Positions 60,879 to 64,000 of a stretch of 64,000 bases of DNA are shown here, one piece after another. The notes beneath the pieces are model-generated. The model was not told the origin of the DNA and searched no databases. It worked only from the letters and a program-made list of their open reading frames with translations. Origin of the DNA: a virus (taxonomy: Duplodnaviria > Caudoviricetes); the IMG/VR virus record IMGVR_UViG_3300044961_000667; one strand, given 5' to 3'. How positions within the stretch are numbered: the first letter of the stretch is position 1; each line of letters starts with the position of its first letter. A program made the position numbers and the translations under genes.

Positions 60879-61405
60879 AGCGTGTCCTCCGCGACCGGCA
60901 GAACACCAGCAGTCTTGCGCTCAGGCAAGAAGCGCTCGCGACGCTTCGCGTTCATCACGAACTGGATGGGCACAGCCCCATCGGGCTCGTACTGGTGCTC
61001 TCCGCCACCATCTCGCTGAAATGCGCGCGAGACATCGGTGGGTACGTGGGTGTCGTCTTTCACGTCTTCGAGATCGTACTGCCCGCCCCAGAACTGCAGG
61101 ACATCGCCTTCCTTCGGAATCGGCGCTCCGCGGTCTTCGAGATGTGCCCGGCTGAACCACACCTGCGTCGTCTGGATGCGCTCGCTGCCACGCTCCGAGA
61201 CGTCAATCTCTCGGTCCGGCTGCCGCACGTAGAACATGATGTCGAAGCTCTCGTACACGAACGCCTTGGGCTCGTCGTACAGCGCGTCGCTCTGCTGCGA
61301 AACGTCGAGCGAATACAGCACGCCGTCGGTGCCGGACAGCTCGATGAGATCAGCGTTGAAGCTGTCCCAGAGCGCAGTGTCGGAGCTGTCGGTCAGTCGT
61401 CCCAT
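60875..61405 (-). CDS. Head closure/neck protein (gp14-like)
   Basis: D.LYDE…P.EGDVL.FW…Y; follows gp13-like gene. Confidence 0.65.
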   Translation of the reverse strand: MGRLTDSSDTALWDSFNADLIELSGTDGVLYSLDVSQQSDALYDEPKAFVYESFDIMFYVRQPDREIDVSERGSERIQTTQVWFSRAHLEDRGAPIPKEGDVLQFWGGQYDLEDVKDDTHVPTDVSRAFQRDGGGEHQYEPDGAVPIQFVMNAKRRERFLPERKTAGVLPVAEDTL

Positions 61406-61408
61406 GGT

Positions 61409-61420
61409 GCAATCGATTGC
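61409..61420. promoter_or_regulatory. GCAATCGATTGC palindrome copy 8
   Basis: Fills the gap between genes, 3 nt upstream of ATG 61405. Confidence 0.7.
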
Positions 61421-61423
61421 GCC

Positions 61424-61816
61424 TTACTTCGAGAAAGCAGCCAGCTCAGTGGCCGCCTTTGAAACGCCTCCGTGCGTGAGATCCGAGAACTCTCCGTCCG
61501 AGATCCGGTTCGCCAGGTCGGCCACGATCGAGTAGTGCTTCATGCGCTTCAGCATCGCCTGCATCTTGTCGAAGTCGATGCTGCCAACGTACTTGCGCTT
61601 CTGCCAGATCCCGTACTCCAGGTTCGCGACATGGGCGAGAACGTCGACAGCGTGCTGAATGTCCGACGCGTGCTTGCCGTAGATCGACGCCAGCTCACCG
61701 AAGAACTCCAGCGCAACAGGGTCGAGGTCTCCGGCCTCCGAGAGCAGGTCCTCCGACAGCGCCCTGGCCACATCGGCGCCAAGCTCTGCCTTCACCGACT
61801 CGATCAGCGTCTTCAC
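61424..61816 (-). CDS. Hypothetical protein, LIESVK leader
   Basis: VKTLIESVKAELG…LSED LLSEA. Confidence 0.7.
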   Translation of the reverse strand: MKTLIESVKAELGADVARALSEDLLSEAGDLDPVALEFFGELASIYGKHASDIQHAVDVLAHVANLEYGIWQKRKYVGSIDFDKMQAMLKRMKHYSIVADLANRISDGEFSDLTHGGVSKAATELAAFSK

Positions 61817-62148
61817 CTGGCCGCCTTCGCGAGCTTCTCGTACTCGCGCTGCTTCTTCGGGTTGTCCTTCTCCATCGCGTGCTTCATGTTTGCCCGCGAG
61901 CCCTTGCCGGTCGACTTCACGGCCTCTCCTCGCCCGCCGGACTTCAGGTAGCCCGAACGGCGAAGATGCGCATGGCAGATGTTCCGCGAGCCACGCGCCT
62001 TGGCCCGATCGCTTCCCGACAGCTTCTTGGAGACCGCCACCATGCAGTGGCGAACCTGGGCGCCGGTCTTGTCGGGCTTCTCCGCTCCGGAGTCGCCAGT
62101 CGTGTCCTCGAACAGTTGGTCGAGGCTGATGTACGCGCTCTCGCTCAT
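61813..62148 (-). CDS. Basic hypothetical protein
   Basis: 111 aa, coupled on both sides. Confidence 0.65.
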   Translation of the reverse strand: MSESAYISLDQLFEDTTGDSGAEKPDKTGAQVRHCMVAVSKKLSGSDRAKARGSRNICHAHLRRSGYLKSGGRGEAVKSTGKGSRANMKHAMEKDNPKKQREYEKLAKAAR

Positions 62149-62540
62149 CCGGAATGCCTCTCAAGATACTCGGCTGCAAGGCGAAGCACATCAGGTCGCT
62201 CCTTGAACTTCGCCAAGCCGTTGTTGCAGAAGTCGCAGAGCAACGAACGGAGCTTCCCAGTCTTGTGATCGTGGTCTACCGAGAAGAACTTCTTGTTCGC
62301 CCCTGGGTCGCCTGACCCACAAATCGCGCAGACGCCTCCCTGTGCCGCGAGCATCGTCTCGTACTGCTGGTGAGTGATGCCGTACCGACGCCGCAGGTTC
62401 CAGTTGCGGAAGTACATCGGATCTTCAGCCTGCCGCTTGGCAGACTTCGCACGAACCTTGGCAGCGTTTCGCGCGTAGTACGCCCTCTCGGCCACCCTCG
62501 CCCGCTCTCGCTTTTCGCTTTGAAGGATCGCAGTTCGCAT
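62145..62540 (-). CDS. Endonuclease VII-family homing endonuclease
   Basis: RRYGIT…QGGVCAICG…VDHDHKTGKLRSLLCDFCNNGL…AAEYL. Confidence 0.9.
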   Translation of the reverse strand: MRTAILQSEKRERARVAERAYYARNAAKVRAKSAKRQAEDPMYFRNWNLRRRYGITHQQYETMLAAQGGVCAICGSGDPGANKKFFSVDHDHKTGKLRSLLCDFCNNGLAKFKERPDVLRLAAEYLERHSG

Positions 62541-62542
62541 CT

Positions 62543-63265
62543 CTACCCCGTGATGATCCCCATGGGGAAGCCGAGTCCGACGATCTCCTCCTGCAACGCC
62601 TCCAGCTCTTCCTTCGCCTCCTGCTTCAGCGTCTCGCCGTCGAGCTTCTTGTCTCCGCCGGCCAGCGGATAGCTGTCGAACTTCGAGCGCAGGTACCCGA
62701 GCCGCATCTTGGCCCTGGCGAAGGTGTACCTGCGAATCAGCTCCTCGTCCCGCGGGTCCAGGGAGGAGATGTCGACCGTCGCCGACTTGTACGAGATGAG
62801 CGCCGAGTACGAGCCCTTCTGAACCGGGAAGATCCTCAGCTTGTGGCTGTCGCGATCGAACTCGTAGTCGACGTCCGACGACATCACGCGCTTCACCATG
62901 TCGACGTAGCTGATGGTCTGCGCGAACGTCGAGTACACGCCACCTGCCTGCGGAACTCGGAACAGGTCGTAAGGGATCGACTCGTCGAGGAAGTTGAACG
63001 AGGTGAACAGCACTCGCAGGTCGACCGCAGAAACGCCCGGCGCGATGCTCAGGACATCGTTCACATCGTTCGGCAGCGTGTACTCGCTCTGGCCGGCGAT
63101 GACCGCGAGGGTCATCTCCTTGTTGGTGCCCTTCCAGTTCGCGAACCATCGCTTCGCGTCAGCGATCGAATCGTCAAGCTGATCCTCGGTCAGCTCCACG
63201 CGCTGCGTGGGGAAACCGAGCGTCCTCTTGACCCATCCCTTCAGTTCGGTCTCGTTGACGGCCAT
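62543..63265 (-). CDS. Neck protein (T4 gp13-like)
   Basis: KRTLG.P…VELTEDQLDD.I.DA…RRYT.A..K..LG..RSKF…GG…LDG..L..EA..E…L. Confidence 0.85.
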   Translation of the reverse strand: MAVNETELKGWVKRTLGFPTQRVELTEDQLDDSIADAKRWFANWKGTNKEMTLAVIAGQSEYTLPNDVNDVLSIAPGVSAVDLRVLFTSFNFLDESIPYDLFRVPQAGGVYSTFAQTISYVDMVKRVMSSDVDYEFDRDSHKLRIFPVQKGSYSALISYKSATVDISSLDPRDEELIRRYTFARAKMRLGYLRSKFDSYPLAGGDKKLDGETLKQEAKEELEALQEEIVGLGFPMGIITG

Positions 63266-63306
63266 GGTCGTTCAGCTCCCAGACTACGCTTCCTGAAGCT
63301 GAGCGA

Positions 63307-63678
63307 CTACCGCTTGGACTTGCCCTTCGACGCGCCAGCCGACGTGCCGGCGATGCTCTCCGAGGTCGTCCCCTTGCTCACCGGGGGAGCGGGCGGCGCG
63401 GGCGGCGGAGTCGGCGCGGCCGGCTTCGTCTCGACGGGCGGAGCCGCCGACGTGTCGCCCTCGGCGATGATCTTCACGTTCGAGCCGGACTGGGAGTCGG
63501 TCAGCAGCTGCGGGGCTGCCTTCACCGGTTCCTGGACCGTCTTCACTTCGATCAGCCCGAGCAGCGGGGCGTTCTTGGCCCACTGATCGCCTTCGATGAT
63601 CTCGTTGTCCCGGAGCACTCGCCCTGACGGCAGCATCACCGTTCCGAAGCTCGGGTTCTTCATCCACTTGCGCGCCAT
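63307..63678 (-). CDS. Hypothetical protein with Pro/Ala-rich tail
   Basis: 123 aa directly after MCP; AAGGAG RBS. Confidence 0.65.
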   Translation of the reverse strand: MARKWMKNPSFGTVMLPSGRVLRDNEIIEGDQWAKNAPLLGLIEVKTVQEPVKAAPQLLTDSQSGSNVKIIAEGDTSAAPPVETKPAAPTPPPAPPAPPVSKGTTSESIAGTSAGASKGKSKR

Positions 63679-63728
63679 GACTGCTCCTTTGCGGTTACCG
63701 GCCAGACCATCTACTCCAGAAACACAAC

Positions 63729-63764
63729 GGGGAGGAGGAGAGGCGAAAGCCTTCCCTCCTCCCC
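63729..63764 (-). terminator. Hairpin after major capsid gene
   Basis: GGGGAGGAGGGAAGGC-TTTC-GCCTCTCCTCCTCCCC followed by a T-rich run. Confidence 0.6.
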
Positions 63765-63788
63765 GCTCTGAAAGACTTCGGCGATGGC

Positions 63789-64000
63789 TTACAGGTTGAC
63801 GACGTTCACCTGGCCGTAGAACTCGCTGCGCAGCACCTTCTTGGCGTAGCGGGTGCGCATGCCCTTCCGGAACGAGAAGTCGCCCGGATCGAGGAACGTC
63901 GGGGTGACCTGCAGGGGCACGAACGGCGCCCAGGCGTAGCCGGCGTCGAGGAACGACGGCATCTTCAGGCCCACGAGGATCTTGCCCTTGTAGGTCGGGT
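63789..64000 (-). CDS. Major capsid protein (T4 gp23 family), C-terminal fragment
   Basis: DAGYAWAPFVPLQVTPTFLDPGDFSFRKGMRTRYAKKVLRSEFYG. Confidence 0.9.
   Translation of the reverse strand, partial: PTYKGKILVGLKMPSFLDAGYAWAPFVPLQVTPTFLDPGDFSFRKGMRTRYAKKVLRSEFYGQVNVVNL

Overview
A 64-kb segment of a large, high-GC, contractile-tailed (T4-like/eCIS-like) bacteriophage genome, coded almost entirely on the minus strand. In transcription order (right to left) it holds the 3' end of a gp23-type major capsid gene, neck/head-completion genes, tail sheath, two gp19-type tube genes, a frameshifting tail chaperone, tape measure and baseplate. About 23 kb of tail-fibre/adhesin genes follow, then a ~9-kb array of about 40 tRNA genes (all 20 amino acids) plus tmRNA, and small accessory genes (PTH2-like hydrolase, thermonuclease, RyR-domain protein, homing-type endonucleases). 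The tmRNA tag and a CheY-like gene hint at a Myxococcota host (inference). The most notable items are: (1) four endonuclease genes, each sitting in a broken tRNA gene next to an intact tRNA of the same isotype, two of them with nested [5' half]-[whole tRNA]-[endonuclease]-[3' half] architecture, plus a fifth case duplicating a peptide gene end; (2) a family of proteins with an LLESVK-type N-terminal leader and recurrent x-x-E sites, suggestive of capsid-targeted, protease-processed cargo, including a polyprotein with a 2H phosphoesterase domain; (3) eight copies of the palindrome GCAATCGATTGC just upstream of genes; (4) several non-tRNA structured RNA candidates and a boxA-like site in the tRNA array. 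All family assignments come from motifs read by eye; no database searches were run.
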